Part shown: positions 1 to 10,694 of the stretch, piece by piece
Position numbering within the stretch: the stretch's first letter is position 1
How the letters are laid out: every line of letters begins with the position of its first letter
Origin: an uncultured Thermoplasmatales archaeon
GTDB taxonomy: Archaea > Thermoplasmatota > Thermoplasmata > Thermoplasmatales > GCA-001856825
NCBI GenBank assembly: GCA_964468585.1
Contig: CAYXTM010000001.1
Coordinates: 108,084 to 172,083 of the forward strand
Direction of reading: 5' to 3'
Length of the DNA: 64,000 bases
Notes under the pieces: model-generated
The model's database searches: none
Told to the model about the DNA's origin: nothing
The model's input: only the letters and a program-made list of their open reading frames with translations
Translations under genes and position numbers: made by a program

Positions 1-673
1 TGGCTACTATTATGGCAATTACGATATAGACATATATCAGGTATGGGTTTCCAGACTGTATGTTTATTTCATATGCCCCGCTTATAACCTGAACCAATGT
101 GTTATTTATCTTTACTTCCACGTTGTATATCCCTGGAGAAAGGGTTCCTGATAACCACTGATATGTTATATTCTGTGTGCTGTTGGAAGAAATGTTAACT
201 ATGGATGAGCCCACATACTTGTTATTAACATAAAATGATACGTTCAGGTCCTTCATTTTGAAATGAGTTGGATTGTAAATCTTTGCGGTAAGTGTGGTAT
301 AGTTGAGTACCTGTACTACCCTTGTTATGTTATAATAAAACACTTGCCCGTTTAGTGTTGCAACCACCTGGAAGAAGAGGAACAAAGTTGTCTGTAGACT
401 GGGAGCTTTTACTGTAAAGTTTTCTGGTGCGAATGTACCATTTAGGTACTGTGGAGATATAGGCGATGCGCCTGTGAGATTGTATCCACTAAGCAAAAAA
501 GCGAGCTTATAATGAGTGAATATTTGTTCTACGTCAACGGTATAATTGAAGGTTGATCCAACTGCCACCTTTGCTGGCCCTGTTATAGTAACCGGACCTA
601 CAGTAGTAATAGAAGCTGAAGCCAATACAGGAAGTAAGATCAATGATATTATCAATATGGGAAATATTTTCAT
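1..673 (-). CDS. Partial CDS (3' end leaves the window): small secreted, membrane-anchored surface protein, uncharacterised
   Basis: Not in the ORF track. My own minus-strand translation from the ATG at 673-671 stays open to nt 1 (224 codons). It begins MKIFPILIISLILLPVLASASITTVGPV, a signal peptide. It has many N-x-S/T sequons, and the last residues LIYVYIVIAIIVA look like a C-terminal TM anchor. Its ATG overlaps the aglB TGA (ATGA at 670-673). Confidence 0.6.
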   Translation of the reverse strand, partial: MKIFPILIISLILLPVLASASITTVGPVTITGPAKVAVGSTFNYTVDVEQIFTHYKLAFLLSGYNLTGASPISPQYLNGTFAPENFTVKAPSLQTTLFLFFQVVATLNGQVFYYNITRVVQVLNYTTLTAKIYNPTHFKMKDLNVSFYVNNKYVGSSIVNISSNSTQNITYQWLSGTLSPGIYNVEVKINNTLVQVISGAYEINIQSGNPYLIYVYIVIAIIVA

Positions 674-3600
674 GTTCTATTCCTCCTTCTCACCATTATC
701 ATGACTGCAACTATAAGAACTAGAACAAACGCTATGGTTCCAGTTAAGTAGCTATATTGTATGACTGCGCTATAGTTCTGAATGCCATATCCCTGAGCAG
801 TAATTTCCTTAAAACTCAACCCCGGAACTGAGGGATAGAGGTAATATACACTTGTATTATTATTGAACTCAACTCCTATTATAATAGGTGTTTTAACATT
901 TTGCAGCAAATAGTTCAGGGAAAGACCTATACTTGTAACATTGGTCTGATCTGGAAGGATAGTGAAGTTGGAATATGTGCCGTTATTTACCAAGACTTTC
1001 ATTCCTTGGGACGTCAAAGTCTGAATGTTCAGTATTGTCACGTTCATTTTGATCTTGGAATTCCCGGTATTCTTAATTGTCATCTGGTAGAATATAGTGT
1101 TTCCAATTACAACTCCGCTTGTGTTTGAGATGGTTATATTCATTCTTTCAATCGATGGTACTGTCACATTTACTGTGATTTGATGATAATTCCCTAGATA
1201 TTGCAAATTCATTCCTATTTGATAAGTACCTGCAGGTTCGCCTTTCGGAACACCAATCGTAGCATTTATTACTCCAGTTCCATATGGCTTAAGCTCTAAG
1301 GTCTTTGTATACACGTTGAAGGTTGATGAGTTAGTTAACTGCAAGTTAATTGGAATATTTGAATTGCTGCTTATGATGATAGGGAAAGATATGTTCTGCC
1401 CAGGATAACCAGTCAATTGCCCGCCTTCTGGTATGATAGAAACGGAGATCTTCTTTACTATCACAAATTGAAGATATGAATATGTTGTGCCAGAAACATT
1501 CACCTGCTGATTCAGAATGAATTCGTTATATCTTCCGTAATAATTCATGTAATAATTTCCGTAAAAGATATAGGTTCCATTTGGAACGTAAAGGACACCG
1601 TTGGAAGGTATATAGAACTTATATTTTCCTCCCAGATATATTGGAGAATTGTAACTGGAATTATTAAGGAACGTGTTATAAACCAATGGATAGGCTTTCC
1701 TCAGCTGAATTGTAACATTTTCAAATGGGGTTGAAATGTTAACACTTCCTACGAATGAGTATCCTCCCTGGTATGCGTAAATACTGTAATTGCCATAGGA
1801 TAATCTGACACTGGTTCCGAAGGGTATAGTGATGTTGTTTGGCTGGATATTAATGTATCCTCCTTTCACTTGTTCGTTTCCAACAAGACCATTTATTGTT
1901 ACATTAGACATAAGGTGCTTTAGAGTGCCATTTAAGTAAATAGTGTTTTGCGAAAACATTGAGATAATTTCTGAGGCAAATATTTCATATGAAGCGTTTA
2001 TCTTTTGGGAGGCATAGACATAATATTCCCCAATGGGAAGATAAATACCGGCTGAACTTGATAATAGGTTAGAATTATTTTCCACAAAAGCCAAAGATGA
2101 GATGGAATTATGTATGGACAGGAAATATGCCTGATGCATGACAGGATACAAGGTCGTATTTCTTGTCAAGTTAATCGTGGTAATGTTGGCAGTGTTATAA
2201 TAATTCGTATAGACCGTATATGTCCCAGGTGTTAACGTAATATTAGATAATGAGCCAATTAATTTGCCCTGACTATAAATCTGAACATTGCCGTTGGTAT
2301 TGACATTAAGATTCGCATATACATTAACGGGAATTTCGAATATCTGGTAATTGTATCTTGGTAGCACGTCTATCTGTGTCACTGGTGATGTTGCTATGAT
2401 ACCTGGTCCATCTATCTTTAATGTGTAGTTACCTGGTAGAAGAGTTAGGTTTTCAGTATATTTCGTAAAATTCAAAACGTAATTTGCCGGACCATTTAGA
2501 TATATTGTGAAATTGTAGTTAAAGTCTGGAAGGAGTTTAATCTCAGATATTACGGGGGATGAATGCAATGTTATGTTGAGATTTGACTGCGAATATGAAA
2601 ATCCAATGGTCTTGTATATAATATTTGAAACAACGCTACCGTTCTCTAAATAAATTTCATAACTGGACCCCTTTTGCATAACCTCGTAAAATACTTCCTG
2701 TTGACCGGAATAAGCAGTAATAATTCCCGGCTGACTATTATAAATGTGTCCGGTTATGGTATACCCAGGTAGAGCGTAAATTGATTGGTTATAGTAGGGT
2801 GAGAACACTGATACCTGGCTTTCAGAAACGTAGGTACTACCGTTCCTAGTAAAATAGGCTGTAATATCATAAGAACCGTATGGTATAAAAGAGGTAAAGG
2901 TGCCATTGGGATTTGTCGTATACTCCAGTTGCAAGCCATTGCCCATTATCTGTACCGGTACACCTGATGCTGTCTTGTTCCCGATATATACTGTACCGGA
3001 AAATACAGCGCCACGGGACAATATGGGTGATAATTGTATGGAAGAATTCAGAGTAACCGTTGTCATATTCATATAATAATTTCCATTTCTTACCACAGTG
3101 GTTGTCACTAGATATATCGAAGGAGGTAGATATGCGGAAGCCGCATTTCCCTCGATACTAAGAACGCCAGAATATGAAGTATTCAGCATATCCTGGTAAG
3201 TAGCACTAATTAATTTGTATTGTTGGCCTAATGATATATTCAAGAAATAAAATCTCTCATATGTTATATTCAATGTGACATTTTTCTTATTTGAAATATT
3301 CACCATACCCGAATATCTGTATGGGCCATTGCTTGCGGATATGTTAAAAAGGCCGGTAGGCAAGAAAATCTTTGATGATGAATTGGTGGTATTCAACGTT
3401 GTGGTAAAATTCGTCCTTGAAATAGTAACTGAATTGATATTTTGATTCTGGAATTTATCGATGAAATTAAGTTTTACAGCAGCGAAAGGTACAGGAATAT
3501 CTTTAGATGTTGAATTTGAATTTATAGTCACATTGGCCACATTATTATACCAATAGCCGTCAACATATGCAGAAATCTCATATTGATATGGAGGCAAATC

Positions 3601-6600
3601 GGTAATTGAATATGATCCATTACCTGTTGTGTTCACATAAACCGAATAATTTTCAGTAGAATTATAAAATTTCAATTCTCCATTAACTGGAACATCAGTA
3701 TTTGGAATGAAGAAATTCGTGGCAGCTAGATTGAAAAACAATGTACCGGAAACAGTGTGAGAGTTGATCTGGAAATTTTTAGTTATAATCCAATCAGGCT
3801 GACCTCCGGATGAGTATGCTTCTCTGTTTGCCTGGGCCTGGGTTATCGTGATGTTATATGTTTGCAGTATGTTATTATCTTCCATAAAGAGAGCATTATA
3901 ACTACCTGTTGAAATTATAATGGTATCATTACCCGCTACAGCATACAGTTGATAATATCCTGAACTGTTTGTTACAACGGTCTCGTGAGGTATCCCGTAT
4001 TGATCATCAATTGTAACCCTAACTCCTGCAACTGGCATGCCAGATGAATCTGTCACTCTTCCCTGTATGATTGCGCCCGGGTAATATTCAACAAAGACTA
4101 CATCATTTGGCAAGACACTTGATGCTGGGGGATTCAAGTCAACGGTCCCTATATGGTTGACCAGATAATAATACCCTTGCTGGAGAGAAACAGGTTGCCA
4201 TGCATTTGAATGATTCTGGTAATCTGTATAAGGATTCCAGAATACTGTCTTATAAACTAATTCAAAGTTTGGCATTCCCCATGCCTGCATCGGATAATAA
4301 TACTTCAGACTGGAAGATATACCAGGTATCGCGTTACTTGCCCCAACAACTGATGGTGGATACCCAATAAATACCCTGTAGATGGTGCTGTTATAGAACA
4401 TCGGCTGATAATTTATATTATAGCTTGTGGCAGTATCCCCCGGAGGGAAATCCTGAAGTGGGTATGTGTTTCCGTTGATATCAGTTACGGTTATGTTATA
4501 AAAATCAATGGGCACAATTTCTCCTTGTACATCTATATACTGAAAATCTCCAAGGTATGCAGGAGCATAGAATATACCTGTATTTACTCCTGAAAATGGG
4601 AATAGTCTGTAGTCAACAGCCAAGTAGCTCATGTAAAAGCCACTTATATTCTCTAAAGCCTGATATGTGTCTATAAGGGTATTTAATGGGTATGTATTCG
4701 CTAAATAATGTTCAATGAGGATATACTTTGCATCGCCAGCTTGAATATCTTGGTAAGGACCGTAATAGGATTCGTTAGCATAAATCTGAGGTATATATGA
4801 AGGCCCATTCTTCTCATAATTTATTATCTTATTCATAGCTTCTGGACCCAGAAATTCCGTTATCACAGACTGAAGAGTTGAGTTATTCAACTGATTATTC
4901 TGATTGTAATAATCCAAAATCCTAGCTATCATAACCGCTATGATTTCAGATTCATTCTGGGCCATTAAAATTTGAGCTGATGGATAAATACCATCTTGGA
5001 AATTATCTGCCAATACTGGATGCTGGCCTTGTTCTAGAGTTTGAAAACCATAGTCCCACCAAGATATGAAAGCAGGCCTTTCATTTGGTGGATATTGAGC
5101 ATCTTGGTTCTTGAACCAATCTAGTGCCCTCACCCATGCCGAATTGGGCAAGTCGAGAGAAACCCCGAATGCACCCAAATAGTATGGGGGCGTATAATTA
5201 GCTGGCCTCAGGAATGAGGGTGTAGCATTATATATTTGCCTATCGTATTGTGTCTTATTATTATATGGAATGCCTGAATCTATGGCGTAGAATGTGGCCG
5301 GGACTATTAACAGGAAGATTACCATCAATATTACAGCAATTTGAGATATTCGCAATTCCCTCAGTGATGACCTTGACACCTCTCTTCCCTTTATCTTATC
5401 AATTGTCTCATGCCATCCTAATCTATTGAATGCTTCATATAATACAAAAGCAGTCAGAATACCTGTTGCAGATGCTCCGAAATAAAGGAATTTCGAAGCT
5501 ATCATTGAAATAAATATAATACCAGCGGAGTAGAATAAAATCAAGGTCATTTTAAAATCTGGCGATTTTATCCATTTGTAAATAAGGATACCAATACCGA
5601 CAAGGGACGCGAAGAACATGAATGGATCAAATTCCATTATATCTTCTCCAAGAGGGAGAGCCTGAGCCTCAGCAATAGTATTGTAAATTTTGTTCTTAAT
5701 GAAGTAGTGCTGACCTGAAATTATGTTCTGTAATAATGAATTGTCCTTGAAATATATAATTACAATAGCTATAAGGAGTAGTATGATATATGAACCAAGG
5801 GAAAGTACCCATGGTTTTCTATCCAATGTTATGAGGAAAATAGCAGATATTATTAACAACAACCAGATGATTGCAACAGGCACCCACCTGTCCAGGAAAC
5901 CAGTTTCATAATACCATGGAAGGCTCAATAAGAGTCCCTCAGAGTAGAAAATTGCAGAATATAAAATACCCATACTGCCTTTCCTTTTTATGGTGTTTAT
6001 TATCAACTGAATGACTCCTACTCCAGCGATGATAAGAATGATGGAGATTGTACCAACCCAAGTGAGCATAGAACCTGCAAGGCTAGCGCCACCCAAAAGG
6101 GAGTATAATAATGATATTTTATTTGTCTTAAATGAATTCCTAAATTTTGAGAGGATAGTATCTCCCTCACTTTCTTTATATGTATCCACTGCCTTAAGGT
6201 AGAAATAAATCATGGCAACAGCAAAGAGAGCAGTGAATATATCGAATAAACCTATAGACGCCACTGATTTCATCAGGGTTAGAGGGCTCAGGGCAGCTAA
6301 GATAGCCCCTATTAGTCCCACTTTTTTATTGAACACCTCTTTCCCCAGTAAGTAGGTTGGAAAAACAATGAATGCGCCCCCAATGGAAGTTTCCAGTAGA
6401 AACATGGTCATGGTGGATTTGTATATCCCTCCGAGGAAAGGTGAGAACCCATAACCTAGCAGTACTGCTAACCAATGGAAGAATGGAGGTCTAGGATTCT
6501 CCAAACCTATAGGATAGTTCAAAAGTGGATCAAATAATAGCTGGTGATGGGTCTCCAGAATATATTGAACAATCCTCATATTATAATATGCGTCTGACCC

Positions 6601-6774
6601 TCCAGAGACTGCGAAGTTCCCTCTAACCGCAACTCCCAATATGTAGAAGGAACTCAAAAACAGAGAGAGCACAAAGGAGAGTATTAGTGTTATGGAAATG
6701 TAGTTCCTCTGTAGCCTCTCTTTAAACTTGTCTATCCTCGTTGTATTACCTTCTGAACCAGCCATTAAATCCAC
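670..6774 (-). CDS. aglB: Archaeal oligosaccharyltransferase AglB (STT3 family) with a very long C-terminal extracellular extension and a terminal TM anchor
   Basis: 2034-aa ORF. The N-terminal ~500 aa are polytopic membrane. The WWDYG catalytic motif (ISWWDYGFQ) is at aa 572-576 (nt 5047-5061). From ~aa 895 there is a CarboxypepD_reg-like segment (GRVTDSSGMPVAGVRVTIDDQYG) followed by >1000 aa of beta-rich, N-x-S/T-dense sequence. It ends IAFVLVLIVAVMIMVRRRNRT (TM plus basic tail). Confidence 0.85.
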   Translation of the reverse strand: MDLMAGSEGNTTRIDKFKERLQRNYISITLILSFVLSLFLSSFYILGVAVRGNFAVSGGSDAYYNMRIVQYILETHHQLLFDPLLNYPIGLENPRPPFFHWLAVLLGYGFSPFLGGIYKSTMTMFLLETSIGGAFIVFPTYLLGKEVFNKKVGLIGAILAALSPLTLMKSVASIGLFDIFTALFAVAMIYFYLKAVDTYKESEGDTILSKFRNSFKTNKISLLYSLLGGASLAGSMLTWVGTISIILIIAGVGVIQLIINTIKRKGSMGILYSAIFYSEGLLLSLPWYYETGFLDRWVPVAIIWLLLIISAIFLITLDRKPWVLSLGSYIILLLIAIVIIYFKDNSLLQNIISGQHYFIKNKIYNTIAEAQALPLGEDIMEFDPFMFFASLVGIGILIYKWIKSPDFKMTLILFYSAGIIFISMIASKFLYFGASATGILTAFVLYEAFNRLGWHETIDKIKGREVSRSSLRELRISQIAVILMVIFLLIVPATFYAIDSGIPYNNKTQYDRQIYNATPSFLRPANYTPPYYLGAFGVSLDLPNSAWVRALDWFKNQDAQYPPNERPAFISWWDYGFQTLEQGQHPVLADNFQDGIYPSAQILMAQNESEIIAVMIARILDYYNQNNQLNNSTLQSVITEFLGPEAMNKIINYEKNGPSYIPQIYANESYYGPYQDIQAGDAKYILIEHYLANTYPLNTLIDTYQALENISGFYMSYLAVDYRLFPFSGVNTGIFYAPAYLGDFQYIDVQGEIVPIDFYNITVTDINGNTYPLQDFPPGDTATSYNINYQPMFYNSTIYRVFIGYPPSVVGASNAIPGISSSLKYYYPMQAWGMPNFELVYKTVFWNPYTDYQNHSNAWQPVSLQQGYYYLVNHIGTVDLNPPASSVLPNDVVFVEYYPGAIIQGRVTDSSGMPVAGVRVTIDDQYGIPHETVVTNSSGYYQLYAVAGNDTIIISTGSYNALFMEDNNILQTYNITITQAQANREAYSSGGQPDWIITKNFQINSHTVSGTLFFNLAATNFFIPNTDVPVNGELKFYNSTENYSVYVNTTGNGSYSITDLPPYQYEISAYVDGYWYNNVANVTINSNSTSKDIPVPFAAVKLNFIDKFQNQNINSVTISRTNFTTTLNTTNSSSKIFLPTGLFNISASNGPYRYSGMVNISNKKNVTLNITYERFYFLNISLGQQYKLISATYQDMLNTSYSGVLSIEGNAASAYLPPSIYLVTTTVVRNGNYYMNMTTVTLNSSIQLSPILSRGAVFSGTVYIGNKTASGVPVQIMGNGLQLEYTTNPNGTFTSFIPYGSYDITAYFTRNGSTYVSESQVSVFSPYYNQSIYALPGYTITGHIYNSQPGIITAYSGQQEVFYEVMQKGSSYEIYLENGSVVSNIIYKTIGFSYSQSNLNITLHSSPVISEIKLLPDFNYNFTIYLNGPANYVLNFTKYTENLTLLPGNYTLKIDGPGIIATSPVTQIDVLPRYNYQIFEIPVNVYANLNVNTNGNVQIYSQGKLIGSLSNITLTPGTYTVYTNYYNTANITTINLTRNTTLYPVMHQAYFLSIHNSISSLAFVENNSNLLSSSAGIYLPIGEYYVYASQKINASYEIFASEIISMFSQNTIYLNGTLKHLMSNVTINGLVGNEQVKGGYINIQPNNITIPFGTSVRLSYGNYSIYAYQGGYSFVGSVNISTPFENVTIQLRKAYPLVYNTFLNNSSYNSPIYLGGKYKFYIPSNGVLYVPNGTYIFYGNYYMNYYGRYNEFILNQQVNVSGTTYSYLQFVIVKKISVSIIPEGGQLTGYPGQNISFPIIISSNSNIPINLQLTNSSTFNVYTKTLELKPYGTGVINATIGVPKGEPAGTYQIGMNLQYLGNYHQITVNVTVPSIERMNITISNTSGVVIGNTIFYQMTIKNTGNSKIKMNVTILNIQTLTSQGMKVLVNNGTYSNFTILPDQTNVTSIGLSLNYLLQNVKTPIIIGVEFNNNTSVYYLYPSVPGLSFKEITAQGYGIQNYSAVIQYSYLTGTIAFVLVLIVAVMIMVRRRNRT

Positions 6775-6824
6775 CTAAATATCAAGGTGTAAGGAAATGA
6801 GAATTAAAATCTTTACTGAAGCCC

Positions 6825-8693
6825 TTAATATATCCAATATTTACTATAATTGTTAATTTGATTCAATTCTCTAATTATCTCACATTTACCTGGTAGGCAA
6901 ACTTCTATGTGTTCTATTTCCTGAGTTATAGGTATTAAATTAATTGGATAATCTAGCCTCATCATTAAACTTTTTAGAGTTGATGGGTTTCCCTTTACTG
7001 TTACAATCCTATCTGAAATCAGCTGGAATTCTATCATGCCTATGTGACTCAGTGGGTCTGTCTCAATATATTTTCTAAACTTATCTTGAACTCCTCTTGC
7101 CATCATTTGGTACTCATCAATTTCCATGAGGGAATGCATTCTTAGAAGGTTCCAGAACATAATAGAATTCCCAGAATAATAAGTGCTATCATTTTCTTCA
7201 ATTATTCGTGAGGGTAGAGTTTTTTCCCCTTTTTCACTTGTGAAATAGCCTCCGTTCTCATAATCATAGAAATTATCGTTTAGATACCTACTTATTTTCA
7301 AAATCATTGGAAAGTACGAATTATCCAAGGTGTTAAAATAATAGTTTATCAGCATATTTATTGTATATGCATAATCTTCCAGTACTCCAGAACCGTACCC
7401 TTTGTTTTTCCTATAATATCTATAAAGCCTTCCATTTCCTTCATGGAAAGTATCTAAAAATTTTTTGATTCTATTGGAACTGTCTCCCAGATTTTTGCTG
7501 ATATCAAAACTTATTGCCAGTGCATTCAGACCAGTCAAGAGTTTATCATCTCTTTCTATATTTTTGTTATTTTTTCTAAATTCCAATAATCTAGCGTTTA
7601 TTTCTTTAAATTCTTCTGAATTTAAATCGGCCCCTAATGGTGGTACCAACAAATAACCATCCTCTAATTCCACCTTGCTGTAATATTTTGCCAATTTGGG
7701 ATAAAAATTTTCCAAGGCTACCCCTAACTGCTCTTCCTTCCATAAATAATAACCACCCTCTTGTCCATTCCAGTCTGCGTCGAGAGCTGAATAATAAAAA
7801 CCATTGTCTGGGTCCTTTAGAGTAGAAGATAGGAACAAATCAATTTCCCTCATTATATTGCTATAAAAATTGTCCTTCTTTATTTTATAGAGCTTCTCGC
7901 TAATGAACTTTAGCATCAGCTGGTCATAAAGCATTTTTTCGAAATGAGGGATCAGCCATTTCCTATCTACAGTATATCGAAAAATTCCGTTTCCTATATG
8001 GTCATAAATTCCCCCATATCTTATGCTTCTCATGGTCTTCTCTGCCATAAAAAGGTAGTTCTCAAATAGCTGAGAATATGTGATAATAAAGCTAAGGAGG
8101 GTGAATGATGGAAATTTCGGTTCCTGCCCAAACCCTCCGAATTCCCTGTCATATATATTCAACAGTAATTCCATAGTATCAGAATGAATTGTCTCTGAAG
8201 GAGACCCCTTTGGCTGAATGTTAAGGTATGAAATTCCTTTCAAAGCTGACTCTATGACAGAACTTTTGTCTTTCTGCCATAGGTCATGAAGATATGATAG
8301 AACATTAATCATACCTGGCATCTCGTCTCTATTATACGGAGGAAGATATGACGATATGAAAATTGGCTCACCTGTTGGAATGGCCACTACATTTAGCGGC
8401 CATCCACCGCTTCCGTTCATAATTTGTGCTAGTCTCATGTATAATGAATCTACATCTGGTCTATGTTCTCTATCTACAATTATTGGAATATAATGATCAT
8501 TTAGAATTTTCTTGACTTCTTCATTTCTGAGAGTTTCTTCCTGAAATACGTGACACCAATGGCATGTTGAATATCCTATGGATATGAAAAGTAATTTTCC
8601 CGAGGATTTGGCCTTATTTAGTGGCTCTTCTCCCCATAGGTTCCAGTCTATTCCATCTTTCTCGTGCAATTCATAATATTTTGATATCTGCAT
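6825..8693 (-). CDS. Thioredoxin-domain protein, DUF255/YyaL family (thioredoxin fold plus alpha/alpha-barrel)
   Basis: The N-terminus LLFISIGYSTCHWCHVFQEE...VDREHRPDVDSLYM...GSGGWPLNV matches the DUF255 signature (SIGYSTCHWCHVM, VDREERPDID, GGWP). Length is 622 aa. Confidence 0.85.
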   Translation of the reverse strand: MQISKYYELHEKDGIDWNLWGEEPLNKAKSSGKLLFISIGYSTCHWCHVFQEETLRNEEVKKILNDHYIPIIVDREHRPDVDSLYMRLAQIMNGSGGWPLNVVAIPTGEPIFISSYLPPYNRDEMPGMINVLSYLHDLWQKDKSSVIESALKGISYLNIQPKGSPSETIHSDTMELLLNIYDREFGGFGQEPKFPSFTLLSFIITYSQLFENYLFMAEKTMRSIRYGGIYDHIGNGIFRYTVDRKWLIPHFEKMLYDQLMLKFISEKLYKIKKDNFYSNIMREIDLFLSSTLKDPDNGFYYSALDADWNGQEGGYYLWKEEQLGVALENFYPKLAKYYSKVELEDGYLLVPPLGADLNSEEFKEINARLLEFRKNNKNIERDDKLLTGLNALAISFDISKNLGDSSNRIKKFLDTFHEGNGRLYRYYRKNKGYGSGVLEDYAYTINMLINYYFNTLDNSYFPMILKISRYLNDNFYDYENGGYFTSEKGEKTLPSRIIEENDSTYYSGNSIMFWNLLRMHSLMEIDEYQMMARGVQDKFRKYIETDPLSHIGMIEFQLISDRIVTVKGNPSTLKSLMMRLDYPINLIPITQEIEHIEVCLPGKCEIIRELNQINNYSKYWIY

Positions 8694-8759
8694 CCTTACA
8701 GAGAAGGTGAATGAATAAATAAAGAATTAGTAGCTATAAGCTAAAAAGGTAATGAAATT

Positions 8760-10694
8760 TTATTTTTCGATCTTGGCTATCTCATCTTTAATTGCCGGAA
8801 CTGTGTATGCTCTCTGACCTCCAAATGGCTTAAACTCCTTTCCATTGCCTTTATAGAATTTACTGAAGAATTCCACGTAAATTAACCTTGCACCCTGTAT
8901 TCCTGGCTCGAAAACTGCTATGACAAGATTGAGAAGCTGACCGATTATAAGTATGACTATGCCAAATATTATCATTAATCCGTGACCAATGGTGCCCTGG
9001 AATATTTGATCAAATACTAATGCCAGTATAACAGATGATAGCAGGATACCCACAAGTCTAGTGTATGAGAGGATATGGCTAATGATGGTAGTAACTTCTA
9101 GAAGAGCCTGGAATTTTTCTGCATATATTACTACCCCCAGCCCTAATAGCAACATCACTAACGACAGGATCGATATAGAATTATGTAATGAGAATTCCTG
9201 CCTTAGTACCATGAGACCAAGGATAACAATTCCCATTGCCACTAGCAACCAGCCCAATTTTCCTATAGCTTCCCTAAGATGTCCGTTTCTGTAATTGACC
9301 ACGAAGCCAAAAATTAGCCCCAGATCTACCATTGCCACACCGGTGTATCCCGAAAAGAGCAGAAGTTTCCTAAGGCCGAATTGACTCAGGACATCAAAAT
9401 GTGGGTAATTCAATTGAAAACCGAAATAGTTATCAAAAATTATACCCAGTATTATCGATATAACTGCACCTGGGATCATGGCCTTACCAAGTATCCTCAA
9501 ACTCCTTCTACTCATCATACTGGAGATGAATCTGGATATGGCCTTCGGTATATGCGAAACCTTTGGAGGATGATCTACTCTATGTATAAGCCAGATAGAC
9601 ATTGCTAATATTATCACCCCATACCCAACATCTCCTATCATCAACCCAAAAAATATAGGAAAGACTATTGAAAAAATTAATGTCGGATCAATTTCTGTGG
9701 ACTGCGGGAGGGAGTAAAATCTTATGAAGAATTCAAAGAAACCAATCTTTTTAGGATTATTTAATAGAGTAGGAGGCGTTTCGTCTGTTTCCACTTCAAA
9801 GACTAATGAAGAGTTGTTTGTAATCTGGTTTACAACCGACCTCAAACCTCCAATTTTCTTTTTCGGTATCCATCCTTCCACAACTGCTATAGATTGCGTT
9901 CCTAATAATTTAGATGCTATTTCAAACTTTTTTAATTCAATTTCAAGCTGTTCCCTTAATGCAGCAACCAATGGATAATGATCTTGGGAAATTGCTTTTA
10001 TCCTTTCTTCAATTTCTTTTCTTTTTGATTTTATTTGCTCAATCTCATTCATTATACTTTTTCTGTTTTCCTCAACTGTACCATTAAGTCTCTTGATTTC
10101 GTATGTTTCAACTTTACTCTTTCTCAGTATTTCTCCCAAGGACGATTCGCTTTCTGAATCCACAACAACTATGGAGTATTCTGGTCCCTTCAATATTGTA
10201 GCCCCAATCTTTGAAAGTTCCTGAATAATATTTTGATCATTTTTGATGAGAATACTATATATATTGTTACCCCAAAGAAGTGAAATATCATCCTTATAAA
10301 ATGCCATTTTTTCCAGTATAATTAAAGTATCGCTTAAGGTTTTCAATTTGGCCCTTAAATCAACATCTTGCTGTGCCAAGTCATTGACTTCCTTTGAAAA
10401 ATCTAATTCCTCAGATTGTTTCAAAAGTTGTTCTAAGGAATTGAAATTAAATTTCTTGTTACTCGCAAATGGTACCAATAATGATTCAAGACCTTTGATT
10501 TTTCTATACCTTTCATTTAAAAGATTGTATACCTGGCTTGAATCTATGGAAGTCAATTCCGGAAAATTCAGGCTTATTGGTTCTATTTGCATAATTCCTA
10601 GGTCATGTAGGGCCGAGAGTAACTCTGAAACTTTTGATTTCGTTACGATCAGTCTAACCTTGCTCATTTTTACTGGAGTTAGGATTTTTCTCAC
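8760..10694 (-). CDS. atpI: A-type ATP synthase subunit I (membrane a-subunit homologue)
   Basis: 644 aa with a soluble coiled-coil N-terminal half and a polytopic C-terminal half. It is the last gene of the atp operon. The ATG at 10694 overlaps the atpH stop (ATGA). An alternative start is MSKVRLIV nine codons in. Confidence 0.9.
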   Translation of the reverse strand: MRKILTPVKMSKVRLIVTKSKVSELLSALHDLGIMQIEPISLNFPELTSIDSSQVYNLLNERYRKIKGLESLLVPFASNKKFNFNSLEQLLKQSEELDFSKEVNDLAQQDVDLRAKLKTLSDTLIILEKMAFYKDDISLLWGNNIYSILIKNDQNIIQELSKIGATILKGPEYSIVVVDSESESSLGEILRKSKVETYEIKRLNGTVEENRKSIMNEIEQIKSKRKEIEERIKAISQDHYPLVAALREQLEIELKKFEIASKLLGTQSIAVVEGWIPKKKIGGLRSVVNQITNNSSLVFEVETDETPPTLLNNPKKIGFFEFFIRFYSLPQSTEIDPTLIFSIVFPIFFGLMIGDVGYGVIILAMSIWLIHRVDHPPKVSHIPKAISRFISSMMSRRSLRILGKAMIPGAVISIILGIIFDNYFGFQLNYPHFDVLSQFGLRKLLLFSGYTGVAMVDLGLIFGFVVNYRNGHLREAIGKLGWLLVAMGIVILGLMVLRQEFSLHNSISILSLVMLLLGLGVVIYAEKFQALLEVTTIISHILSYTRLVGILLSSVILALVFDQIFQGTIGHGLMIIFGIVILIIGQLLNLVIAVFEPGIQGARLIYVEFFSKFYKGNGKEFKPFGGQRAYTVPAIKDEIAKIEK

